Below are positions 1-8,149 of a stretch of 27,651 bases of DNA, piece after piece (position 1 is the stretch's first letter; every line of letters begins with the position of its first letter). The stretch is from Candidatus Zipacnadia bacterium. Its GTDB lineage: Bacteria > Armatimonadota > Zipacnadia > Zipacnadales > Zipacnadaceae. Under the pieces are notes generated by a model, which was not told where the DNA came from, did not search any database, and saw only the letters and a program-made list of their open reading frames with translations. The position numbers were made by a program, and so were the translations under genes. The stretch is from the NCBI GenBank assembly GCA_029821415.1, contig JALGTJ010000007.1, positions 1 through 27,651 on the forward strand, in the 5' to 3' direction.

Positions 1-756
1 ATCAAAGCTTACGGGAACTTCCACTATTTCAGCAGTATGTTGCGGTGGGGACTGCAGTCGCTGCATAACCCGTGGGCGCACCGTTGCCATCTGCGGGCGG
101 TGGTTGCGGGTGATAATGCGTGCCATAATGTTGCCGCCAAAGGCTGGTCGCGTTTGCACTAACAGGCGCTCTGTAGGGTCAATCTCCAGACCGGTACAGT
201 CAGCGGTCAGGCCGGTTTTAATGCGAGCAGCGATGCGCGGCGCCAGGTCCCGGCCCTGCTCAGTGGCCCCGATGAGCACAATCTCAGGCTTGTGCTTGTT
301 TATCAGGCCGGAAATCACATCAGTATATGTACCGGTACGGTAACGCGCCAGCGCGGCATCCTCAGCATAAAACACCCGGTCTGGTCCAGACTGTGCCGCT
401 TTCTCAGCAAGCTCGCCCACTTTATCGCCCAACACAACCAGGCTCAGTTCGGTCTCCAAATCGTCAGCCAGCTCGCGGCCCTTGCCCAGCAGCTCCCAGG
501 TCACGCCCGCCAGCCCGTCCTCGCTAACTTCGCCGATTACCCACACGCCCCGGTACCCACTGGTGTCTATCTCTTCAACGGCGGGAGCTTCCCAGATAAT
601 AGCACCAACCGGGCAGACGCTCATACACCCGCCACACAACGTGCATGCTTCAGTGATAGTCGCCAGCCCCTCGGTGACCCGAATCGCGCTGTAGGGGCAA
701 GCCTTCACACAAAGCTGACAGCCAGTACATTTGTCCGCGTCAATATGGATATCCAT
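1..756 (-). CDS. etfA: Electron transfer flavoprotein alpha subunit with N-terminal 2x[4Fe-4S] ferredoxin domain (C-terminus runs off window)
   Basis: Not in the ORF track; manual translation from ATG at 756 gives MDIHIDADKCTGCQLCVKACPYSAI...EACTLCGGCMSVCPVGAI (two CxxCxxCxxxCP motifs), then YRGVWVIGE...ELLGKGRELAD...GRDLAPRIAARIKTGLTADCT...TRPAFGGNIMA...RPQMATVRP, typical of EtfA. Open to the window edge and adjacent to etfB. Confidence 0.95.
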   Translation of the reverse strand, partial: MDIHIDADKCTGCQLCVKACPYSAIRVTEGLATITEACTLCGGCMSVCPVGAIIWEAPAVEEIDTSGYRGVWVIGEVSEDGLAGVTWELLGKGRELADDLETELSLVVLGDKVGELAEKAAQSGPDRVFYAEDAALARYRTGTYTDVISGLINKHKPEIVLIGATEQGRDLAPRIAARIKTGLTADCTGLEIDPTERLLVQTRPAFGGNIMARIITRNHRPQMATVRPRVMQRLQSPPQHTAEIVEVPVSFD

Positions 757-790
757 TTTGTATCTCTATCTGCTGAATTAAGCAGGCTAC

Positions 791-1573
791 TTACAGCACT
801 TGCGCGTCACGCAACTTCTCAATAAGCAAGCGAGCTACCTGTTGGGGTTCGCCCTCCAGCCGCTCAGTTTTGTGCGAACGCTGCGGCGGGAATATTTCCA
901 CTACTGTGGTCGGCGAGCCGGACAACCCACATTTGCTGGGATCAGCTTGGATATCCTCCAGTGTCCAGGTGGGTATCTCTTTTTTGCGGGCTGCCATAAC
1001 CCCGCGCAGCCCGGCATGGCGGGGGACATTCATATGCTTGTCAGCAGTAATTAGAGCGGGCAGCTTCATCTCTACCGTCTCAAAACTGCCCGCCAGCAAG
1101 CGCTTGACCTGTATCTTTTTCCCGTCTACTCTCACTTCCATTGCGTAGGTAGCCTGGGGAATACCCAACTGCTCAGCAATGCCTGGCCCTACCTGAGCAG
1201 TGTCGCCATCAAAGGCCTGCTTGCCACAGATAACCAGATCGTAGTTGCCGATCTTCCGTATCGCCTGCGCCAGGACATAAGAGGTCGCCAGGGTGTCGCT
1301 GCCGGCAAAGGCCCGATCGCTGAGGAGAATAGCTTCATCACAGCCCATAGCCAAGGCCTGGCGGAGGGCCTCTTCGGCCTGCGGTGGGCCCATACTAATC
1401 GCGGTAACCGTCCCGCCATATTCTTCTTTAAGCTGCAGCCCCGCCTCAATAGCATTCTCATCATAGGGATTGATGATACTGGGGACGCCCTCGCGGATCA
1501 GCGTATTGGTCTCAGGGTCAATACTGACCTCGCTGGTGTCCGGAACCTGTTTTATGGCCACTATGATATGCAT
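791..1573 (-). CDS. etfB: Electron transfer flavoprotein beta subunit
   Basis: MHIIVAIKQVPDT...NPYDENAIEA...DRAFAGSDTLATS...GKQAFDGDTAQVGP...GSPTTVVEIFPP; 260 aa. Confidence 0.97.
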   Translation of the reverse strand: MHIIVAIKQVPDTSEVSIDPETNTLIREGVPSIINPYDENAIEAGLQLKEEYGGTVTAISMGPPQAEEALRQALAMGCDEAILLSDRAFAGSDTLATSYVLAQAIRKIGNYDLVICGKQAFDGDTAQVGPGIAEQLGIPQATYAMEVRVDGKKIQVKRLLAGSFETVEMKLPALITADKHMNVPRHAGLRGVMAARKKEIPTWTLEDIQADPSKCGLSGSPTTVVEIFPPQRSHKTERLEGEPQQVARLLIEKLRDAQVL

Positions 1574-1608
1574 ATCTTACTGTCCATACTCTTGCAATTT
1601 GGACACGT

Positions 1609-2310
1609 CTAAGGCTTAGTACCCCACACCGCCGTCGCGATCCGCCAGGTTAGATGCCGCCAGGCTATATTGCGAAACCCTGCCCGCTCCAATGCTATCT
1701 TGAGCTGCTCAGGCGTCGCAAACTGCTGGGTCGATTCAGCAAGATAATTGTATGCATGCCGATGCCCAGTAAGTACCCGCCCCACCAGCGGCACACCATA
1801 TCTCCGAAATAGTTCGGCCAGCCACACTGCCCGATTCCCACACATCTCAAGTATCAACACCTGGCCACCAGGCCGGGTAAGCCGGGCCATTTCCTGCAGC
1901 CCTGCATCCAAGTCCGAAAAGTTACGTACCGCAAAGCCGGCCATCACCACATCAAAACACCCAGCGCACCCCGGCAACTCCAGTGCATCGCAACATACCA
2001 GGGAAACCATCTTTTGGTCCGCGAGCTTACGCCGGGCAATGCGCAGCATTGGCTCCGCAAAGTCAGCCACAACCAAGCGGCCCGTATCGGGATGCTCCTG
2101 TAGCCAGGCCCGAGCAGTATCGCCGGTTCCCCCACCTACATCAAGCACTACCGCCCCCGGTGGCGCTTTAATCAGAGCACAGGCCTGCCGCTGCCATGCC
2201 TGGTCACTACCTAAGGTCAACAGCCGATTCAGCAGATCATAACGCGGGGCGATCTCGCTGAACATACAGCGAATCATTTCTCGCTTCGGCTTCATATGGC
2301 TCTGATGCAC
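1609..2310 (-). CDS. ubiE: UbiE/MenG-family SAM-dependent methyltransferase (alternative start ATG 2295)
   Basis: MFSEIAPRYDLLNRLLTLG, VLDVGGGTGD (SAM motif I), ADFAEPML, DALELP, FAVRNFSD, GGQVLILEM, AYNYLAES. The family is clear; the substrate is not established. Confidence 0.85.
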   Translation of the reverse strand: MHQSHMKPKREMIRCMFSEIAPRYDLLNRLLTLGSDQAWQRQACALIKAPPGAVVLDVGGGTGDTARAWLQEHPDTGRLVVADFAEPMLRIARRKLADQKMVSLVCCDALELPGCAGCFDVVMAGFAVRNFSDLDAGLQEMARLTRPGGQVLILEMCGNRAVWLAELFRRYGVPLVGRVLTGHRHAYNYLAESTQQFATPEQLKIALERAGFRNIAWRHLTWRIATAVWGTKP

Positions 2311-2360
2311 CCTGTCCGAGCAGATTGCTTCCCCCTCCGCGCTTTCTACCCTTGCTCAAC

Positions 2361-3512
2361 CTACTTCTTCATCGCTTCCTTAAGCAAACGATTGGCGATG
2401 ACCAATCGCTGGATCTCGGAGGTGCCCTCTACGATGTCAAATAGCTTAGCCTCGCGGTAGTAGCGCTCCACCGGATAGTCCTTGGTATACCCGTAGCCAC
2501 CGTGAATCTGCACAGCCTTGTTGCAGACCTCCACGCACGTCTCCGAGGCGAAGACCTTGGCCATAGCCGCCTCTTTTTCAAACTCCAATCCTTGGTCTTT
2601 GCGCCAGGCGGCATGATAAGTGAGCCAGCGGGCCGCTTCAATACGGGTGGCCATATCCGCCAGCGTAAATTGAATTGCCTGGAACTCGCTAATTGGCTGC
2701 CCAAACTGCTCCCGGGTAGGCGCATAGGCAACCGCTGCATCATAAGCCGCCTGAGCCAGGCCGACTGCACCGATGGCCATACCGATGCGCCCGGCCCCCA
2801 GCGTGCTCATTGCTACCCGAAAGCCGCGTCGCTCGCGGCCCAGCACGTTCTCCTTGGGCACACGGGCATCTTGGAAGATTAGCTCCCGGTTAGCCAGGGC
2901 GGGATAGGCCATCTTCTCTTCATCCTTGCCAAAAGTGAATCCCTCCGTGCCCTTTTCCACGATGAAAGCTGTGATCCCCCGTGCTCCTTTCTCCGGCGCA
3001 ACGTTGGCAATGATTACGTATATATCCGCCTCACCACCGTTGGTAATGAACACCTTGGTTCCGTTCAGGACGTAGTAGTCACCATCCAGCTCGGCGCGGG
3101 TGCGGACACTGGCGGCATCGGAACCCGCCCCCGGCTCAGTCAAACCAAAGGCACCGATCTTCTCTCCACTAGCCAGTGGCCGCAGGTACTTCTCCTTCTG
3201 CTCTTCGCTGCCAAACTCCATAATAGGATACTCTGCCAGCAAATGAGCGCCATACACCGCACCGGTTGTGGTGCAAGCTGCCGAAAGCAACTCGCCAATG
3301 ACCGCCCAGTCCAGGATTCCGAGGCCCAGCCCGCCATATTCTGCCGGCACTGGCACCCCGAACAGATCCAGCTCGGCCAGCATCTTTATATTTTCCCAGG
3401 GATACTCCCCTCGCTCATCAACTTCCTTGGCTCTAGGCTTGAGCTCCTCATCACAGATTTCTCTGACTGCTGCGAAGATCTCCTGCTGCTCTTCAGTGAA
3501 TGAGAAGTCCAT
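2361..3512 (-). CDS. Acyl-CoA dehydrogenase (short-chain, Bcd/CarC-like)
   Basis: [70 protein letters not shown] (catalytic Glu motif); 383 aa. Confidence 0.96.
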   Translation of the reverse strand: MDFSFTEEQQEIFAAVREICDEELKPRAKEVDERGEYPWENIKMLAELDLFGVPVPAEYGGLGLGILDWAVIGELLSAACTTTGAVYGAHLLAEYPIMEFGSEEQKEKYLRPLASGEKIGAFGLTEPGAGSDAASVRTRAELDGDYYVLNGTKVFITNGGEADIYVIIANVAPEKGARGITAFIVEKGTEGFTFGKDEEKMAYPALANRELIFQDARVPKENVLGRERRGFRVAMSTLGAGRIGMAIGAVGLAQAAYDAAVAYAPTREQFGQPISEFQAIQFTLADMATRIEAARWLTYHAAWRKDQGLEFEKEAAMAKVFASETCVEVCNKAVQIHGGYGYTKDYPVERYYREAKLFDIVEGTSEIQRLVIANRLLKEAMKK

Positions 3513-3552
3513 CTCGTTCCTCCCGGACGTGGTTAGTCACAGCGTATACTAT

Positions 3553-4563
3553 CTATGCTGGAGTAAAGCGCGGCAACGTCCAACGAACCACGGCAGCCCC
3601 CAGGGTAAAGCCGGCGCCAAATCCCACGAACAGCACAACATCACCCGGCGACAGCTTGCCTCTGCGGTACGTGTCATCCAAACACATCGGCACTGACGCC
3701 GCCGAAGTATTGCCATACTTATCCACGGTGCTGACTACCCTGTCGGGGTCTATTTCCAGGCGGGCTGCCGCCGCATCGAGTATCCGCCGGTTGGCCTGAT
3801 GCATAATCACCGCCGAGACATCTGCCGGCCCCAGACCAGCCTTGTCTAAAGCCTCCCGCGCGATTCTGGGAATGCCCCGCACTGCCAGCTTAAATATCTC
3901 AGGACCTTCCATCTGGAGACAGTCTTGGCTTTGGGCAATCTGTTCGGACGCAATGCGCAGCCGTGAACCACCTGCCGGCAAAATCAACAAATCGCCATAC
4001 TCGCCGTGCGAGCTAAGCGCAAACGATAACAGCCCCTCGCCGCGTCCACAGGGCCCCATTACTGCCGCCCCTGCCCCATCGCCAAACAGCACACACGTAG
4101 CGCGGTCCTTCCAATCGGCAATCCGGGTGAGCACCTCAGCGCTGATCAACAGCACATAGTCATAATCGCCACTACGCACAAAGTTAGCGCCAGCGGCCAT
4201 AGCGTAAATAAAGCCAGTACAACCACTGCTTATATCCATAGCGCCGGCATTTTTTGCTCCAATTGCGTTCTGGACAAGGCAGGCAGTGGCCGGGAAAAAA
4301 TGGTCAGGAGTGACGGTAGCCAGTACAATTAGCCCGATCTGTTCCGGACTAACGCCGGCGTCATCAAGAGCACGCTGGGCAGCTCGGATAGCCAGGTCCG
4401 AGGAGGCTTGGTCATCGGCTGCCAGATGCCGCTCGCTTATGCCGGTATGCCGGATGATCCATTCGTCAGTGGTGTCAACCATGCGCTCCCAGTCAGCATT
4501 GGTCAGAACAGTCTCTGGTAGATACGAGCCTACCCCGCAGATTGTTGCACCACGCAAAGACAT
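3553..4563 (-). CDS. fabH: 3-oxoacyl-ACP synthase III
   Basis: GVGSYLPE, catalytic triad motifs SGCTGF (Cys), MHQANRRI (His), YGNTSAASVP (Asn); FGDGAGA; GFGAGFT. Confidence 0.97.
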   Translation of the reverse strand: MSLRGATICGVGSYLPETVLTNADWERMVDTTDEWIIRHTGISERHLAADDQASSDLAIRAAQRALDDAGVSPEQIGLIVLATVTPDHFFPATACLVQNAIGAKNAGAMDISSGCTGFIYAMAAGANFVRSGDYDYVLLISAEVLTRIADWKDRATCVLFGDGAGAAVMGPCGRGEGLLSFALSSHGEYGDLLILPAGGSRLRIASEQIAQSQDCLQMEGPEIFKLAVRGIPRIAREALDKAGLGPADVSAVIMHQANRRILDAAAARLEIDPDRVVSTVDKYGNTSAASVPMCLDDTYRRGKLSPGDVVLFVGFGAGFTLGAAVVRWTLPRFTPA

Positions 4564-4617
4564 ACTCTATCTCTCTCTTAGGCAGGAAGATTGAAAACCG
4601 CAACCGGAGATCCGCAT

Positions 4618-5619
4618 TCAGTTTGCGTTGACCGCCAGTTGTTGACAGGCCTGCTCAAGGTGCTTGACAACTCCACCTTCTACAGCGCGCTGGGCCACCT
4701 CAATCGCACTGGCGATTGCTCGACTGTCGGACCGACCATGACTGACAACGACAATACCCCGGACTCCCAACAGTAGAGCGCCGCCGTAGCTGGCGTAATC
4801 GTAGCGCCGGTGCAGGCTACCCAACTTGCTGGTCATCAGAAACTCGGCGAGCTTACCGTTCAAGGCATCACGCAAACAGTTGTCCAAATCGTCCATCACG
4901 AAATGGGCCATCGCTTCGGCAGTCTTGAGAGCCACATTTCCTGCAAAGCCGTCAGCCACTGTGACATCGACCTGGCCATTGAAGATGCCGTCAGCTTCGA
5001 TGTTGCCGACAAAATTGATGGGCATCGCGGTGAGCATGTCAAACGCCTTGCGCGTGAGGCTGTTGCCCTTTGATGGCTCTGAGCCGATGCTGAGTAAACC
5101 AACTCTGGGTTCCCGGATGTCCAAGGCGTACTCTGCATAGATACTGCCCATCAGCCCAAACTGGGCCAGATGAATCGGTTGGCAGTCAGCATTGGCCCCG
5201 GCATCAATAATTATTCCCGGACCACGTCGTGATATCACAGGCGCAGCAATACCCGCACGACGCAGGCCCTCAATGACACCCACCCGCGCATGAGCCAAAG
5301 CCAGCAACGCCCCGGAATTGCCAGCCGAGACCACGGCCTGCGCCTCTTGATTCCGCACCATATCAACAGCCACAAACAGAGAACTTTCCGGTCGCCGCAG
5401 TGCCCCAGTTGGTTCGGCGTCCATTGCAATGACGTCGCTAGCCGCCACAATTCGGAGGTTAGAGGGCCGTTGAGCCGAATCGGGCAAGTGTTTTTCGATT
5501 TCCTCCGACCGGCCCACCAGAGCAATTTGCACCGGTAGCTGCTTCGCGCCCCGTAGAGCACCTTTGACTATTGCCTGCGGTGCGAAATCTCCACCCATAG
5601 TGTCAACAGCAATAACCAT
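4618..5619 (-). CDS. plsX: Phosphate acyltransferase PlsX
   Basis: IAVDTMGGDFAP, VSAGNSGA, DAGANAD, FVGNIE, VADGFAGNVALKTAE, GGALLLGVRG, SHGRS; located between rpmF and fabH. Confidence 0.97.
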   Translation of the reverse strand: MVIAVDTMGGDFAPQAIVKGALRGAKQLPVQIALVGRSEEIEKHLPDSAQRPSNLRIVAASDVIAMDAEPTGALRRPESSLFVAVDMVRNQEAQAVVSAGNSGALLALAHARVGVIEGLRRAGIAAPVISRRGPGIIIDAGANADCQPIHLAQFGLMGSIYAEYALDIREPRVGLLSIGSEPSKGNSLTRKAFDMLTAMPINFVGNIEADGIFNGQVDVTVADGFAGNVALKTAEAMAHFVMDDLDNCLRDALNGKLAEFLMTSKLGSLHRRYDYASYGGALLLGVRGIVVVSHGRSDSRAIASAIEVAQRAVEGGVVKHLEQACQQLAVNAN

Positions 5620-5651
5620 AAGCTCTCCCAGCCATTCACTATACAGCCCGC

Positions 5652-5849
5652 TTAGTGACGCTCCTCTTCCAGTTCGACGGTGTGATCCACTTTCTCACCC
5701 TGGTAGTAGCCACACTTGTGGCAGGCATTGTGGGGAAGGATCATTGCCCCACAGTTGGAGCATTTCACCAATTCCGGCATGCTCAATCCCTGGTGAGTGC
5801 GCCGCTTGTTGCGCCGTGACCTGGAGGTCCTTCTCTTCGGTACAGCCAT
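5652..5849 (-). CDS. rpmF: 50S ribosomal protein L32 (Zn-binding form)
   Basis: MAVPKRRTSRSRRNKRR...CSNCG...PHNACHKCGYYQG. Confidence 0.97.
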   Translation of the reverse strand: MAVPKRRTSRSRRNKRRTHQGLSMPELVKCSNCGAMILPHNACHKCGYYQGEKVDHTVELEEERH

Positions 5850-6108
5850 ATCATGTCAACTCCAGCTATCAACTAACCTGCGTGGGCATCTTCCCACGCA
5901 GGCATAAGATGATCAAAAGATATACTGCACACTGCAGGTAGTAACACCAGCAGTGGCATCTCACCCGAAGAGCCCCTGCTGGTGTTGGCAATCACGTTTG
6001 CGCTCACTGCAATACTGTCCGCACACTCACGTCCTACCCAGCACTTAGAGCAATGAAGCCCCCGCTGGACTGAGTTCGGTATGTCCCCTCGTTTGCCTCC
6101 AAGATGCA
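5850..6108 (-). ncRNA. Candidate structured 5' leader or ncRNA upstream of rpmF (no known family recognised)
   Basis: Follows a consensus promoter. Contains an 11-bp perfect stem AACACCAGCAG/CTGCTGGTGTT (5943-5986), a 10-bp stem (5877-5902) and further imperfect pairings (ACTCA..GTCC/GGAC..TGAGT). Confidence 0.4.
5877..5902 (-). terminator. Perfect 10-bp hairpin just upstream of rpmF (terminator- or attenuator-like, weak U-tract)
   Basis: Minus strand CCTGCGTGGG-AAGATG-CCCACGCAGG followed by TTAGTTG. Confidence 0.45.
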
Positions 6109-6114
6109 TAGCTA

Positions 6115-6143
6115 AGTATAGCCCGTTAGGGGGTTATTGTCAA
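6115..6143 (-). promoter_or_regulatory. Sigma70-type promoter for the rpmF-plsX-fabH unit
   Basis: Minus strand TTGACA (6143-6138), exactly 17 nt, TATACT (6120-6115). Confidence 0.85.
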
Positions 6144-6183
6144 GAATTCATCCAGATCCTGGGCTCGCCAGGGCAGCACTCGC

Positions 6184-7993
6184 TCACCAATCTGCCAGGG
6201 AAGTCTCATTGTCCTGATAACTTATCGTGTGCAGCAGCATATGCTTGTACTCAAGCTCAGACTTACTTTTGGGCTTGTGTTCAGTCAGGACAGCCTTGAA
6301 TGGATCAGTAGGCTCAGTCACCAGTTCCTTGGCATGCTCAATGCTCTGCCGGAGCCGGGCGCGGGCAAAGTCAGCAGCAAAGGCCGCCAACGATTCGAAG
6401 CTGCTGGCCGGCACTACTTTCACCACTACTCCGGCCCGGAGATTGTTTAGTGGTTGGCGCAGCCGATAGGTACGCTTGCGGGCATAGACTGTCAACTGCA
6501 GTTCGGCGTCATCGCCCGGACCAGTCCACTCCAGAACTGCCGGCTTAGGCCCCGAGGTAACATCTTTACCCTCTACCGGCCCGGCTCGCAGAACCCGTAT
6601 TCCCACATAGCACCCGGCCCTCTGAATTGCGATCGTGCCCATCGCCGGTATTGCAGTCGGCAGTCCGTTCCATTCCTCGCGGCTCACAATCACTCGGTCT
6701 ATCTGCGCACGCGGGCCCAGCACTCCGCGCAGCCAGGCGGTCAGGCGGTTGCCACGCCCAATTAAGTCAAAGTCAACCGTGACCATACCCACATTCTTGA
6801 CCTGCATACTGGTGACATAGCTGGGCCGCGGTTCAGCGAAAAAGTATGCGGTCGGCAGTTCCGGCAATCCGGCCAGAGTAACCAACAGAGGTATACTTGT
6901 CGCGCTGGGCTGGCCAGTCATAGTGCCCAGGCTAAAGCGGTCGTGCATATATGTGTCCGTGCGGACGATATATGCTCCCTCCCGCGCCTCAGTTGATAGT
7001 TGAAACGGCAATTGCCGGCGCACCCCTGCCAGCAGGCCAGCAGGAGGCACGTAGTCGGGAGCAACAAAGAACATAGCAAACTGCGTCACGTGAGAAGGCG
7101 CCGGCCCACCTAAATCAACATAGATAAGGTACGGGCTGTACTCCCCGCCATACAAACAGTCTGCCGGCCTGGCGTATAGTGCAGCTCCAGCCAACGCACC
7201 CGATTCGGGCTGGACACGACCGGCCAGGTCGTAATACATTAGCATCAGCGCATCCTGAAGCTGCTGGCTGTGCATCTGAGCATCAGCGGCCTGCCAGATC
7301 CATTTCAGGGCCGCCAGTCGGTAGCTGTCTGAGGCGGGGCTGTGTCCATCTCCGAGACCCTTGTCAAGCGTCTTGCGTCTTCGCCCACCAACTTGCGACC
7401 TGTTTCAGGCTTTCTGCGATCTGCTGGTCAGCGCCCAGCGCGCGGCCCAGCATCGCCAAGCTGGCTACACGCAGCAAACCGGTGACCTCGTCTTCCGAAG
7501 GAGCCGGCTTATCTCTGACTGCCGCAAGTGCCAGCCCCAGCCCGCTGTACAGTTCCTCTTGCAGCTCCGGCGCGAGCTTCTGGTAAATCTGAGCGAGTAC
7601 CGGGCTGGCAAAATAAGTAGCCTGCAGGCTGGGAGTCTGCCCCTGGCCAGCGAACCAAGGGAACTCTCCTCGCCTGGCCGAGCCCGGCTGAGTATCCTGG
7701 GCAGCCAGAATCGCTCTGAGCACCTGCTGGGCTTGTTCAATGTTGGTGTCGCTCTCACAGGCTGCCAGAACATAACCCGGGCTCTCCGTCGCCACGGTGG
7801 GGCGGCCCACCTGATCTATCACCAAGCCGGTGGCTTCATCAATTTGTGCTTTGCATTCATCAGACGAGGTGAGCCAGCTTACCAGGTTGCCATATCGTTG
7901 GTCGCGTTGGTCGGCCTGCGCAGTGCTCATACCTGCCAGCACACAAACTACCAACACTAAACGCCCAATTGGGCAATCAGAAAGCCAGGCCAC
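6184..7993 (-). pseudogene. Frameshifted gene for a putative secreted protein (~600 aa when repaired), seen as ORFs 7364-7993 and 6184-7275
   Basis: Signal-peptide-like N-terminus (RLVLVVCVLAGMSTAQA-DQ) with AAGGAG RBS. Deleting one copy of the 7-bp tandem repeat at 7368-7381 joins the two ORFs in frame (...WWAKTLDKGLGDGHSPASDSYRLAALKWIWQAADAQMHSQQ...), giving (1810-7)/3 = 601 codons. Confidence 0.8.
7368..7381 (+). repeat. Exact 7-bp tandem duplication GCGTCTT-GCGTCTT at the frameshift point
   Basis: Plus strand ...CAAGCGTCTTGCGTCTTCGCCC...; minus strand GCG-AAGACGC-AAGACGC-TTGAC. Confidence 0.95.
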
Positions 7994-8045
7994 AGCCCAT
8001 CACTCCTTCGCTCAGATCGCGCTGTAACCGTTCGCATCAAGGCGC

Positions 8046-8072
8046 AGAAAGCCGCCGAGTTCGTCTCGGCGG
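8046..8072 (-). terminator. Rho-independent terminator after rpsI
   Basis: Minus strand CCGCCGAG-ACGAA-CTCGGCGG then CTTTCT, about 80 nt after the rpsI stop. Confidence 0.65.
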
Positions 8073-8149
8073 TTCCACCAGTGTACTGCGTGCTGTCATC
8101 CTGTGGCGATGATCCCACAGACAGTACCACACTCGTGGCAGTCCCAAGC

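Noticed and set aside
5850-6110. Known riboswitch, tRNA, tmRNA, SRP or RNase P identity for the rpmF leader (GCAAAC occurs twice, as in c-di-GMP-I)
   Set aside because: The two GCAAA motifs are roughly 100 nt apart rather than about 20, and other family-defining motifs are absent; kept only as an unclassified candidate.
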